Virus record (IMG/VR): IMGVR_UViG_2920951204_000001
Span: 64,001-128,000 of that record
Strand: one strand, 5' to 3'
Length of the DNA stretch: 64,000 bases
DNA from: a virus
Lineage: Duplodnaviria; Caudoviricetes
Shown: positions 18,703 to 28,388 of the stretch, piece by piece
Layout: every line of letters begins with the position of its first letter
Position numbering within the stretch: the first letter of the stretch is position 1
Translations under genes and position numbers: made by a program
The notes under the pieces: generated by a model
Told to the model about the DNA's origin: nothing
What the model saw: the letters and a program-made list of their open reading frames with translations, nothing else
The model's database searches: none

Positions 18703-19475
18703 TCTCCTACTATGTAGGAATGGCTGGTTTCGGGTCATGAGATGTAAATCTCAAAATAAGCGTGGTGACACGTATAAAGTGAGTATATCATGTATATATG
18801 CTTGCGACTACGGTTAGTAGTTTGACGGAAAACACATAGGATTTATACCTAATCTTCTATTCAAGGGCGACTGTTGGCGAATATGATTAGGTAGGTGTCA
18901 TGGAAAAGGCACTGAACATAGAAATATGGGGATGATCCGTGTATAAATGGTGCGAATTCCGCAAGAATTAGTGCTGTTTAAATTGTCATAAAAGCATCTC
19001 AAGTCGAAAGATAGGTGTTTTGTGATGAAGTGTTTCGATAGCAAGAAAGACAGGATGGTGATAACTGGGCTGTACTCAAAAGGTACGGATGGTTAAACGT
19101 ACACCTCATCGTCCATATTTAGGTACATACTTTAATGCTTTGTAAGTCTTGTAGAAGAATTAATATTTTATATACAGCAAAAGTGTGTGCGACTTTAGAG
19201 AAACAAACAACTTATTCATCTGCAATATGATGATATATAGCACTCGCAAGGTACTATATAAGAAAGTACAAGTAGACGCAACCGTAAGAGATTCGCATTC
19301 TCTGAACCTCGCAAGGGACGATGTATCAAAAGAAAATCTATAATACTCTAAAGTAAGAGTTTACCAATTTTCACAAAATTGGCGTTGTTGCTACCTACTG
19401 TCTAATCGACAGTGTGATAAGTTGTGTCCAACCACAATAAATGGTAGCGTAATGAGTCAATATCTCAGCTCATAT
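18703..19475 (+). ncRNA. large structured ncRNA, GOLLD-like (ROOL not excluded)
   Basis: ~770 nt with no credible ORF, GC-enriched, many GNRA-capped hairpins (GCAA, GAAA, GTAA); flanked by tRNAs; terminator at 19481-19509. Confidence 0.6.
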
Positions 19476-19515
19476 TAAATAAAAGTCTCGTGTTTTACAC
19501 GGGATTTTTCATTTT

Positions 19516-19587
19516 TGGCATATAGAACAATGGTAGTTCAGCGCACTGTTAATGCGAAAGTTGCAGGTTCAAATCCTGCTATGCCAG
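19516..19587 (+). tRNA. tRNA-Asn(GTT)
   Basis: TGGCATA/TATGCCA acceptor; CT-GTT-AA loop; GGTTCAAATCC T-arm. Confidence 0.9.
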
Positions 19588-19636
19588 TTCTCTTCCACTA
19601 CTTGTGGAAAATATATTATAAAGGATGTGAATTAAC

Positions 19637-19810
19637 ATAATTCAGATTAGTAAAAACGAAGCCTTAGAATTAAATTCTATGGGATTTAAATTTGGTGACA
19701 GCGAAATGCTTCATAAGTCAAAAACACGTCATCCAAAGTATTATCTTACAGAAAATCCAAGAGCCTTGAGAACTTTAAATAAAATCAGAAAAAACAAAAT
19801 CGTCAGATAG
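19637..19810 (+). CDS. small basic protein (IIQISKNEALELNSMGFKFG...YYLTE...) with a non-AUG start
   Basis: Hand-translated; AAGGATGTGA RBS followed only by ATT/ATA codons. Confidence 0.55.
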   Translation: MIQISKNEALELNSMGFKFGDSEMLHKSKTRHPKYYLTENPRALRTLNKIRKNKIVR

Positions 19811-19842
19811 ACGAAATATATAAGGAAAGGTGGTCGAAAACC

Positions 19843-21075
19843 ATCGGAAAGAAATTTTTCTTAGATACAAATGCTATCTTAAAATTAAAAGATAATGCAT
19901 TTGAAAATCATTTTATTATTAGTTCTGTAACATTAGAAGAACTAGAATCTATTAAAATATCTTCAAAAAAAGACGAAGAAGTCAAATATAGTTCCAGAAA
20001 AGTTTTACATTTATTAGACGAAAATACTGATAAATATGATGTAATTATTTATGACAACACAATTGAAAACCACATACTTGCTAACAATATGGAAATTACA
20101 CCAGATACAAAAATAGTTGGATGTTGTTCTTTTGCCGAAAAAATATATCCAAATGATGAACTAGTTTTTGTTACTAATGATATTGCGTGCAAAATGATTG
20201 CAAGTAAGATATTTAATTTATCTGTTGAAAGTATTTCTGAGAATAATACAGATATTTATAAAGGTTATCGTGAAGTAACTTTAAATGAAGAAAAAATGGC
20301 TCATTTTTATGAAAACTTAAATGAGAACACGTTAAATTTATTAACAAACGAATATGTCATTCTCAAAGATTTAAACAATAACGTTGTTGATAAATTAAAA
20401 TGGGATGGAGAAACTTATCAAACAATCAGGTGTAAACCTTATAAATCAAACTCGTTTGGGACGCTTAAACCATTAGACGATATCCAAGCTTTTGCCATGG
20501 ATTCAATCAACACTAATGATATTACTGTGTTATATGGCAAAGCAGGAAGTGGTAAAACTACTCTTCCACTTAATTATATTATGCAGGAAATTGAAAAAGG
20601 CAGATATAAAAAATGTTATATAATTTATTCTTATGAACCATTAAAGGGTGCCAAAACACTTGGGTTTGAAAAGGGCGACCATATTACAAAATTAATTTAC
20701 TCTGCTTCTATTGGCAACATACTTTCATCTAAATTCGGAGATATTCAGCAAGTTGAATATATGATAGATAGAGATATGTTAGAGATTATTCCTACTGCAA
20801 ATATACGTGGTTGGGAGTGTCCAGAAAACAGTATTTTACTCTCCACAGAAAGTCAGAACTTAGATGTTTATACTCTCAAAACAATTATTCAGCGTTGCAA
20901 GTCTGGTTGTAAACAGATTTATGAAGGGGATGTAATTGAACAGAAAGATACTAATGTTCAAAACATTGGTATGAATCGTTTAATCGAAGTATTTAAAGGA
21001 CACAAAAGTTTTGGCTGCGTTAAGTTAAAAAATAATTATAGATCAGAACTCAGTGAGTTGGCTGATTTGATGTAA
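19843..21075 (+). CDS. phoH: PIN-PhoH (PhoH2/YlaK-like) protein
   Basis: Frame extends 82 codons upstream of the tracked ATG to a PIN motif (KKFFLDTNAIL...TLEELE); Walker A GKAGSGKT; ESQN; start is ATC behind GAAAGGTGGT. Confidence 0.85.
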   Translation: MGKKFFLDTNAILKLKDNAFENHFIISSVTLEELESIKISSKKDEEVKYSSRKVLHLLDENTDKYDVIIYDNTIENHILANNMEITPDTKIVGCCSFAEKIYPNDELVFVTNDIACKMIASKIFNLSVESISENNTDIYKGYREVTLNEEKMAHFYENLNENTLNLLTNEYVILKDLNNNVVDKLKWDGETYQTIRCKPYKSNSFGTLKPLDDIQAFAMDSINTNDITVLYGKAGSGKTTLPLNYIMQEIEKGRYKKCYIIYSYEPLKGAKTLGFEKGDHITKLIYSASIGNILSSKFGDIQQVEYMIDRDMLEIIPTANIRGWECPENSILLSTESQNLDVYTLKTIIQRCKSGCKQIYEGDVIEQKDTNVQNIGMNRLIEVFKGHKSFGCVKLKNNYRSELSELADLM

Positions 21076-22580
21076 CTGTGAACGCACACTCGTGACTTTA
21101 GTCATGAGTAAGTGAGCGAAATAGAGAATAATATAATGAGAGGAGGATATTTGTCAATGAAAGTATATTCATCGTATAAAGTAAAAATCAAAAATTACAA
21201 CAAGATATTTAATGATACAGTAAAGATATATCGTGAAGCAGTATCCTTCTTTATAAATATTTGTGATAAAGAATGGGTCATATTGAAAGACATAAAGAAT
21301 CTTGAGCGTTGCAGAGAAATTGAGAGATTATCTCTATCTACTAAAAAGAATCCGAATCCAAAATACGATTTCAATGCAATGTTTTATAAGATGCCATCTT
21401 ATCTAAGGCGCTCCGCTATTAATATAGCTACAGGATGTTATTCTTCTTATTATTCTAATTTTCAGAATTGGGAAGAAAACACAACAGGTAAAAAACCAAT
21501 CTTACAATTGGACAGAAGTGTTATGCCAGTATTATATAAAGATAATATGTATATTCGTACTGATGAAACTCATGCTCAAATCAAAATCTTTCACAAGAAT
21601 GATTGGGTTTGGTTGAATGTGGAATTAAAAAATCAGGATGTGAAATACATTCAGAAACATTGTAAATTGAAAAAAGAATATGTTCCAACGTTAAAGAAAC
21701 AAGGAAAATGTTGGTATCTTGTATTTCCATTTTCAGACGATGCGAAATTTCAAAAAGTAGATATTCAAGATCAGATTATTTGTGCAGTTGATTTAGGATT
21801 AAATAATAATGCAACCTGTTCAATAATGCAGAGTGATGGAACTGTCGTTGGAAGAAAATTTATCAATCTTGCAACAGAAAAAGACCATTTATACAAAGCA
21901 TTAAACAGAATTAAGAAAGCACAACAAAATGGTACAAGAAAATGTCCTACTCTTTGGAAACACGTAAATGATTTAAACACAGATATTAGTCGTAAGGCGG
22001 CAAAAGGAATTATAGACTTTGCAGTTCTATACAATGCGGATGTTATTGTATTTGAGTTCTTAGATACACAAGGTAAGAAATCTGGAAAAGGTAAACAAAA
22101 ACTTGCTTTGTGGCGTAAGAAAGAAATTCAAAGAATCGTGGAACATCATGCTCACATTTTAGGAATAAGAATTAGTAGGATTTGTGCTTGGAACACAAGT
22201 AGATTAGCATTTGATGGTTCTGGCAGAGTAGAAAGAGGAACTTATATTCAAAATGGTAAAGAAAAGTATAACTACTCTATCTGTACTTTTCAAAATGGTA
22301 AACAATACCATTGTGATTTAAACGCAACTTATAATATTGGAGCAAGATATTTTATAAGAGAACTTTTAAAATCCGACTCAGTGATGAGAAGGTTGCCTAG
22401 TCAGACAAAAGATTCTGATTATGGTACGGGAACAACACGCACTTTGTCTACGTTAATTAGACTTAATGCGGATTTATGTGGTATAGCTGCATAATATCTG
22501 AGTTAAGAACTGTATAGTAGATAAGTAATCCGATTTCTAAAGAATTGGAAGCACGTCACTTTAGTGGTGTGAGTGCTCAC
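21072..22580 (+). mobile_element. IS200/IS605-family (IS1341-type, tnpB-only) element
   Basis: TTGAT target motif at 21067-21071; subterminal hairpins CTCGTGACTTTAGTCATGAG and CACGTCACTTTAGTGGTGTG; right end ...TCAC; no tnpA. Confidence 0.8.
21157..22494 (+). CDS. tnpB: RNA-guided endonuclease TnpB
   Basis: RuvC I CAVDLG, RuvC II IVFEFL, RuvC III HCDLNATYNIG. Confidence 0.88.
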   Translation: MKVYSSYKVKIKNYNKIFNDTVKIYREAVSFFINICDKEWVILKDIKNLERCREIERLSLSTKKNPNPKYDFNAMFYKMPSYLRRSAINIATGCYSSYYSNFQNWEENTTGKKPILQLDRSVMPVLYKDNMYIRTDETHAQIKIFHKNDWVWLNVELKNQDVKYIQKHCKLKKEYVPTLKKQGKCWYLVFPFSDDAKFQKVDIQDQIICAVDLGLNNNATCSIMQSDGTVVGRKFINLATEKDHLYKALNRIKKAQQNGTRKCPTLWKHVNDLNTDISRKAAKGIIDFAVLYNADVIVFEFLDTQGKKSGKGKQKLALWRKKEIQRIVEHHAHILGIRISRICAWNTSRLAFDGSGRVERGTYIQNGKEKYNYSICTFQNGKQYHCDLNATYNIGARYFIRELLKSDSVMRRLPSQTKDSDYGTGTTRTLSTLIRLNADLCGIAA

Positions 22581-22596
22581 GTAGAGGTAATTGCCT

Positions 22597-22830
22597 ATGA
22601 AGAAATATATTTTAGGTTTTGTAACAGGTGTGTGCTTATTGCCAATTTGGGATTCTCTCACAGAACTATTGCAAGTGGCATTGGAAGTACCAAAAGGTAA
22701 GTTAAGCAAAAAAGTTATAAAAATAAACAATGAACTTCAAGATATTCAAGAACAGTCTGAGCCGGTTAATACTTGCGCTATTGGTTTTCAGATTCCTGAT
22801 GAAGAATATTATGAAGATGATGATTTTTAG
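22597..22830 (+). CDS. small membrane-associated hypothetical protein
   Basis: ORF; GAGGT RBS; hydrophobic N-terminus, acidic tail. Confidence 0.7.
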   Translation: MKKYILGFVTGVCLLPIWDSLTELLQVALEVPKGKLSKKVIKINNELQDIQEQSEPVNTCAIGFQIPDEEYYEDDDF

Positions 22831-22866
22831 AGAGTTGTTCTACTCTCTTATTTTAGTTGTGAAAGG

Positions 22867-23076
22867 ATGAAAAGGATGAATTTTACATATAAAAAGACTA
22901 CAACTACTGCAATGAAAATAGCAGGAATTATAAATACAGACACAATGACAATTGATGTAGATGGTGAAGAAAAGAAACTTTCTACTCTTCTTTCAGATTT
23001 TGATGGTGCTGCCATTGAAATTAATGTGAAAGTTAAAGACGAAGAAGAACTTGATGAGCCTATAGAAGAAGAATAG
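22867..23076 (+). CDS. YonK-like small acidic protein
   Basis: G.I....MTI.....E..L..LL.DFDG..I.I pattern; synteny with the phosphoesterase gene as in SPbeta. Confidence 0.6.
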   Translation: MKRMNFTYKKTTTTAMKIAGIINTDTMTIDVDGEEKKLSTLLSDFDGAAIEINVKVKDEEELDEPIEEE

Positions 23077-23091
23077 AGAGTTGGTGAGTAA

Positions 23092-24324
23092 TTGTATAAT
23101 TTCGAAGAAGAATTAGCAAAATATGGACTAACTCAGGAGAAATATGAACAACTATTAAAAGATTGTTCCAATAAAGTTCAACATATAACAGATGATGACT
23201 GGTCTGAAATTTGTGCAAGATATGGACTTGAATTTAATCCTGATACAATTCGTAAAGGCTCACAGCCACCACTTATAGGTTCTGCTTTCGTATCAGAATA
23301 CTACAAATGGAAAGAAAGTTTAAACCAGTCTGAAAATAAAGATGATGAATATTTTGAAAAACTGCGTTTAGAAAAACAGGAAATTCAAAAAGAAAAACGT
23401 AAGTTGTATGATGAGCGTCTTGATATTAATCGTAGACTCCGTGAAGAAGCTAGATTGGAAACAACTATTGAAAAAATTGATGATATGCTCAATAGTATTG
23501 CTGACAATAGATATATTACATATAATAATAATTTTTCTATTGAACAATCTGATAATGATATGATTGTTTGTTTATCAGACCTACATTTGGGTGCAACATA
23601 CTATAATTTTGACGGATATTATGATTCGAATATTGCAAAAGAACGACTTAATCAATATCTTGCAGAAATTATTGAAATTCAGAAAACACACAACGCTGAA
23701 AATTGTGTTGTGTTATTACTTGGAGATCTCATAAGTGGTAACATCCATTCCACGATTTCTGTTACAAACAAAGAAAACGTAATTGAACAGGTAAAGTTAG
23801 CTTGTGAGTATATTTCTGATTTTGTGTATGAACTTGGTAAACATTTTAACAATGTTGAACTTCGTGGAGTTTCAGGTAATCATAGTAGGATTCAAGAGAA
23901 AAAGGAAAATGCCCTTTTGGGTGAACGTTTAGATTCACTTATTGTCTGGTTTATTAAATCTATGTTAAAAAACGCAGACAACATTATAGTATATGATGAA
24001 AATATTGACGAAACGGTATCCACGTTTATTATAAGAGATAAATTATATTTTGGTGTACATGGAGATTTTGATTCTACAAATAGTACCTCTATTGCTAAAT
24101 TAGCCCTTTGGGTAAAAATGACACCATATTGTATACTTTGTGGACATAAACACTTTCCTGCTATGACAGATGTATCTGGCATCAAAGTTGTACAGTCCGG
24201 TAGTCTTGGAGGCAGTGGAGATGAATATACAAGACAGAAACGTTTAACGGGCAAACCATCACAAACAGTATTGATTGTTAATAATAAAGGGATTAAATGC
24301 TGTTATCCTATTGAATTAGATTGA
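23092..24324 (+). CDS. calcineurin-like metallophosphoesterase (YonJ-like)
   Basis: SDLHLG, LGDLISG, GNHSR, HGD, GHKH motifs. Confidence 0.85.
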   Translation: MYNFEEELAKYGLTQEKYEQLLKDCSNKVQHITDDDWSEICARYGLEFNPDTIRKGSQPPLIGSAFVSEYYKWKESLNQSENKDDEYFEKLRLEKQEIQKEKRKLYDERLDINRRLREEARLETTIEKIDDMLNSIADNRYITYNNNFSIEQSDNDMIVCLSDLHLGATYYNFDGYYDSNIAKERLNQYLAEIIEIQKTHNAENCVVLLLGDLISGNIHSTISVTNKENVIEQVKLACEYISDFVYELGKHFNNVELRGVSGNHSRIQEKKENALLGERLDSLIVWFIKSMLKNADNIIVYDENIDETVSTFIIRDKLYFGVHGDFDSTNSTSIAKLALWVKMTPYCILCGHKHFPAMTDVSGIKVVQSGSLGGSGDEYTRQKRLTGKPSQTVLIVNNKGIKCCYPIELD

Positions 24325-24403
24325 AAGAAAGGTCATCAGTCATCAAGAAAAGATAATCAAAATAACGAGAGTTTGATCACTGTTCAGGATGAAAAATTAT
24401 AAA

Positions 24404-24514
24404 TTATCTATTCGGTAATTTACGCCAATACTGAGACACATGTTCCCATCTATTAAGACGAAAGCGGTCATAGGCATTGACAAATACGATATAAGGATAA
24501 ACACACTTATTCAT
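24404..24514 (-). CDS. 36-aa peptide MNKCVYPYIVFVNAYDRFRLNRWEHVSQYWRKLPNR
   Basis: Own promoter TGGACT-N17-(TG)TATAAT (24619-24591); GAAAGGGG RBS; lies antisense within the late operon. Confidence 0.65.
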   Translation of the reverse strand: MNKCVYPYIVFVNAYDRFRLNRWEHVSQYWRKLPNR

Positions 24515-24804
24515 ATCTTCATCCCCTTTCTTCAGAATTAATTCTTAGGGAAGGCTGATGACCTAGAATGTGGAGAATCCCACGAATATTATTATACCAT
24601 TAAACAATATTGCAGTCCACCATTCGGCTTGGTTTGGCTAAGTAAGATACGCAGAGATATACTTAACTGCAATTATATAAAACAGAAACAATTTTGGTTA
24701 TATGAGGGAGTAGACTCTTTTGAGCTACTACCCTCTTTTTAGTTGATAAAATTATAAAATAAAAATGCTGAAAAAGGCAAAAAAAGATTAAAAGGAGATA
24801 TAAA

Positions 24805-25080
24805 ATGAATAAAGATATGTTATTAAAAGAAATTGCAAATAGAATTGAAGGTGCAACAAAGTCAGATATTAATGTCGTGTTAGACACTTTTGAAGACGTT
24901 ATTTTTGATACATTAAAAGCTGATTCAAGTGAAAAAGTTAAATTCGGAAAATTAGGTGCGTTCTCAGTGAAGGCAGTTCCTGCAAAAGACGGTATAAGTG
25001 CTATTAATGGTAAGCCTTGGCATACAGATGCCCATAATGAAATCAAGTTTACAATGAGTAAAACAAATAAGAATATCTAG
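24805..25080 (+). CDS. hup: HU family DNA-binding protein
   Basis: MNKDMLLKEIA...V.FGKLGAFSV...PAKDG...ING...IKF..SK. Confidence 0.9.
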   Translation: MNKDMLLKEIANRIEGATKSDINVVLDTFEDVIFDTLKADSSEKVKFGKLGAFSVKAVPAKDGISAINGKPWHTDAHNEIKFTMSKTNKNI

Positions 25081-25099
25081 TCTGAAAGGTCGTGAGATT

Positions 25100-25678
25100 T
25101 TGAAGAAAAAGAATAAATATGAAGATATTAAAATGATAGACCTTGATGACAAAGCTGACATTTCTAATATTTATATTGAACATTTATATAATACAGACAA
25201 AACTGTTGGATTTGTCGCTAGTAAAGAACTTGCAGAATATGTTTTACAAAATGTCATTAACCTTGATGAAACAAGTGTTAAGGAAATAAATTTTATTGAT
25301 CTATATGATATTAATGAATATCTTATATCTGTCAATGATGAAGGACACATTGTTGCTACTCCAATTGATGAACTTTATAACGTCTTTGATGATGTTGATA
25401 TTGTTTACATTGATATGGATGGAGATATTGAACAGGATGTTATTGATTATTGTGTAAATGAAAACAAAGAAGTAATTTTGTTTGGCGAAACAGATGATAA
25501 AGACTGTGAATGTTGTGATTATACAAATTGTAAACATACTTCTTCTACTACTAATTATTTTATAAATGATAAAGCTGTTAGTAAAGAAGAATACGAAGAT
25601 GCTATGGCTGAAATAGATTTAAAATATAAGGAATTTCATGATGAAATGAATAGATGGATAGATTTGTTAAGTTGGTAA
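25100..25678 (+). CDS. acidic hypothetical phage protein
   Basis: ORF track. Confidence 0.75.
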   Translation: MKKKNKYEDIKMIDLDDKADISNIYIEHLYNTDKTVGFVASKELAEYVLQNVINLDETSVKEINFIDLYDINEYLISVNDEGHIVATPIDELYNVFDDVDIVYIDMDGDIEQDVIDYCVNENKEVILFGETDDKDCECCDYTNCKHTSSTTNYFINDKAVSKEEYEDAMAEIDLKYKEFHDEMNRWIDLLSW

Positions 25679-25735
25679 GATGTTAAATCTTGAATTTATA
25701 GAGAGTGTGTAGTTTACTATGCACTCTTTTGTTTT

Positions 25736-25809
25736 GGGTATGTAGTTCAGTTGGTTAGAACAACCGGCTTTTAACCGGTAGATCAGGGGTTCGAGTCCCT
25801 TTATGCCCA
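25736..25809 (+). tRNA. tRNA-Lys(TTT)
   Basis: GGGTATG/TATGCCC acceptor; ACCGG-CTTTTAA-CCGGT; GGTTCGAGTCC. Confidence 0.9.
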
Positions 25810-25990
25810 TTGATTTGATGTTTCTGTGAATGGAAACAGAGAATATAAATATGTGCTCATAATTGGTGTCATAGCTGATTGTGGGATTTATGGAGAGATA
25901 GTTAGGAAGTCATGAGCCTGACGAAAGTGTAACCTCATTCGCACTTCTCTCCTATTTTTATGGAATGAGGGGAAATGAGGAAAATAAATT

Positions 25991-27301
25991 ATGGGAAAAG
26001 GAAAATCAACAGAGGAACGTATCAAATATTTTAAAGATATGTTTCCTATTAAATTTAATGACGAAATTACTTTATATTTATTAGATGAAAACGTTGATGT
26101 TGTCATTGATAATCAAAATTTACGCAATTATTATTTTAATGTGATTGATAATGATGGATATAAATATAGACAAAACATTCATCATATCCTGTCTTCAAGA
26201 AAAAATTATAAATGTCCAGCAAGATTTTTCGCCAACAATCCATATACGTATGAAAACATAAATAATTTCTTTAAAATTAATGATATTGATTTATTTATTA
26301 ATGGCATAAATCTTCCAATATCAGGATGTGCAAGAGAAAAATTTGATTTTGTAAAAAGTAATGGTGAAATAGTTAGTACCACATGGAATCAAATTCAACA
26401 TCATACATTCAGATACAAAAAGGATTATGATGAAGCAAAACAAAAGAAATTTGATGATACACATATGACAAAAGATAAGGCTATTCCTATTATATTAAAA
26501 AAATCAGAGGAATTAAAAAGACCTTTGTTACAAAGTGATTTTGAAGGTGTTGAAACAACGGATACTTCCATTGGAATTCGTGTAATTTGGCGTATATGGG
26601 GAACTTTTACAAATATGATTAAAGATTTAGGACTTCAAGAACATGATGGATATTTCAGACCTAATGATAAAAATTATCATTCACATGATGAAGTAATAAA
26701 TTCTGTAAAAAGTGTTTGTGATAAAGTAAAGACAGAAGGACGCGCTATTGTAATGTATCCAGATTTTAAAGGATATATTGATATTGAAATATCTACAATT
26801 AGAAGACATTGCGAATTAGATGGAACTACTCTTAACAAATTGGTAGAAAAATATGGTTGCAAGCTACAACAAGCAGGAAATGGACTTAACCATACATTTT
26901 CCGATGGCGAGCGAATTGTTTCAAAATATGAGTATGATTTTAGCAATTTTCTTAGAACACACGGATTAAACTTTAATGTAGATTATTTTAGAAATATTCC
27001 ATACAAATCTATAGATAGTTCTTACAGTGGTAAAATGAATTGCGATTATCTTATTATTTTCAATAATAAAAAAGTCTATATAGAACTTGCTGGCATACTT
27101 GGAAATAAAGGTCATCAAGAAGCTTATCGAAATAATACCCCAATAAAATCAAAATCAAAAGAATTGTATCGACAGAAATTATACCAAAAGCGTGACATTT
27201 TTGAACGAAATGGACTTGATTATTATATTTTATTAAAAGATGAAATGAATGAAGAAACATATAATAATATATTGAATAAATATTTGAAAGAAGTGACTTA
27301 G
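25991..27301 (+). CDS. putative free-standing homing endonuclease (PD-(D/E)XK-type C-terminus)
   Basis: C-terminal SKYE...CDYLI....VYIELAG; WGTFTNMIKDLG helix repeat; inserted after a tRNA with its own leader. Confidence 0.55.
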   Translation: MGKGKSTEERIKYFKDMFPIKFNDEITLYLLDENVDVVIDNQNLRNYYFNVIDNDGYKYRQNIHHILSSRKNYKCPARFFANNPYTYENINNFFKINDIDLFINGINLPISGCAREKFDFVKSNGEIVSTTWNQIQHHTFRYKKDYDEAKQKKFDDTHMTKDKAIPIILKKSEELKRPLLQSDFEGVETTDTSIGIRVIWRIWGTFTNMIKDLGLQEHDGYFRPNDKNYHSHDEVINSVKSVCDKVKTEGRAIVMYPDFKGYIDIEISTIRRHCELDGTTLNKLVEKYGCKLQQAGNGLNHTFSDGERIVSKYEYDFSNFLRTHGLNFNVDYFRNIPYKSIDSSYSGKMNCDYLIIFNNKKVYIELAGILGNKGHQEAYRNNTPIKSKSKELYRQKLYQKRDIFERNGLDYYILLKDEMNEETYNNILNKYLKEVT

Positions 27302-27338
27302 TATTTACTACTATCTCACTTTTTTTGTTTGAAAGGAA

Positions 27339-28388
27339 GTGAGAAAAATGTCAAGATTTACAGTCTATAATCATATTGTAACAGATGAAAAATATGCAAA
27401 AATTAATAAGGATAATATTGATTTGATGGATGATTGGATAGAATATTTGCAATCAATTGATAGAGCACCACAGACGCTCCACGCTTATCGGAACGACTTA
27501 AAGGTATTCTTTACATGGAATCTTGAGTTCAATGGGAACAAATTCTTTCCTGATTTAACTAAACGTGAAGTTGCAAAGTTTCAAAATCACGCATTAAATA
27601 CATGGGGATGGAGTTCAAATAGAATTAGACGAGTAAAGTCAACACTCTCTTCATTATCAAATTATATAAGAGATATTCTTGATGATGAACCTGAATTTGA
27701 AAACTACAAACCTATTATTAGAAAAATTGCAAATCCAGCCAAGGAAGTTGTAAGAGAAAAAACAATACTTTCTGATGAACAAGTAGAACTATTGTTAAAT
27801 ACACTTGTTGAAAGGAAAGAATATGAAGCAGCTTGTGCAGTAGCCGTACTTGCCTTTTCTGGAATGAGACATGCAGAGTTATTACAAATGAAAGTTGAAT
27901 ATTTCAATGACGATCATTTTGTCTATGATTCTATGTGGAAAACAGATAAGGTAAGAGCAAAAGGTTTCGGGAAAAATGGTAAGCAAATTAACAAATTTAT
28001 ATTATATAGTGCAAAACCATATTTGGATTTATGGTTAAAAGAACGTGAAAGACTAGGAATTGAAAGTGAATGGTTGTTTGTGACAGTTTCTGTTGATAAA
28101 GAAACAAAACAAAGAACATATCATCAGCGAAGAGATGTAAGCTCATGGATTCAAATGATGGAAGATATTTTAGGTGTTGACGCATATTGTCATATGTTTA
28201 GACATTATACATGTACACGCTTACATAGATTAAATTTGCCAGCTCACGTAATTCAAGAATTTTTCGCATGGTCTAGTGCAGAAATGCTCAGTATCTACAA
28301 CGACCTGACTGCCGAAGATGAATTTGGAAAATATTTCGATAGAGATGGTGTAAAAGAAGTTAAACAGGGTTCTTTAACAGACGCATAA
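27339..28388 (+). CDS. tyrosine recombinase/integrase
   Basis: SAM-like N-terminus; catalytic SGMR, K, HMFRH, W, Y. Confidence 0.9.
   Translation: MRKMSRFTVYNHIVTDEKYAKINKDNIDLMDDWIEYLQSIDRAPQTLHAYRNDLKVFFTWNLEFNGNKFFPDLTKREVAKFQNHALNTWGWSSNRIRRVKSTLSSLSNYIRDILDDEPEFENYKPIIRKIANPAKEVVREKTILSDEQVELLLNTLVERKEYEAACAVAVLAFSGMRHAELLQMKVEYFNDDHFVYDSMWKTDKVRAKGFGKNGKQINKFILYSAKPYLDLWLKERERLGIESEWLFVTVSVDKETKQRTYHQRRDVSSWIQMMEDILGVDAYCHMFRHYTCTRLHRLNLPAHVIQEFFAWSSAEMLSIYNDLTAEDEFGKYFDRDGVKEVKQGSLTDA

Noticed and set aside
18530-18817. 95-aa ORF in the track
   Set aside because: Overlaps tRNA-Met and the large ncRNA; no RBS; atypical composition
21072-21156. IStron (group I intron fused to the TnpB element)
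   Set aside because: Only ~85 nt precede tnpB and they contain no intron core motifs
24363-24393. 16S rRNA gene or fragment
   Set aside because: Similarity is limited to ~30 nt with a mismatched centre and nothing downstream resembles 16S; treated instead as a possible antisense element
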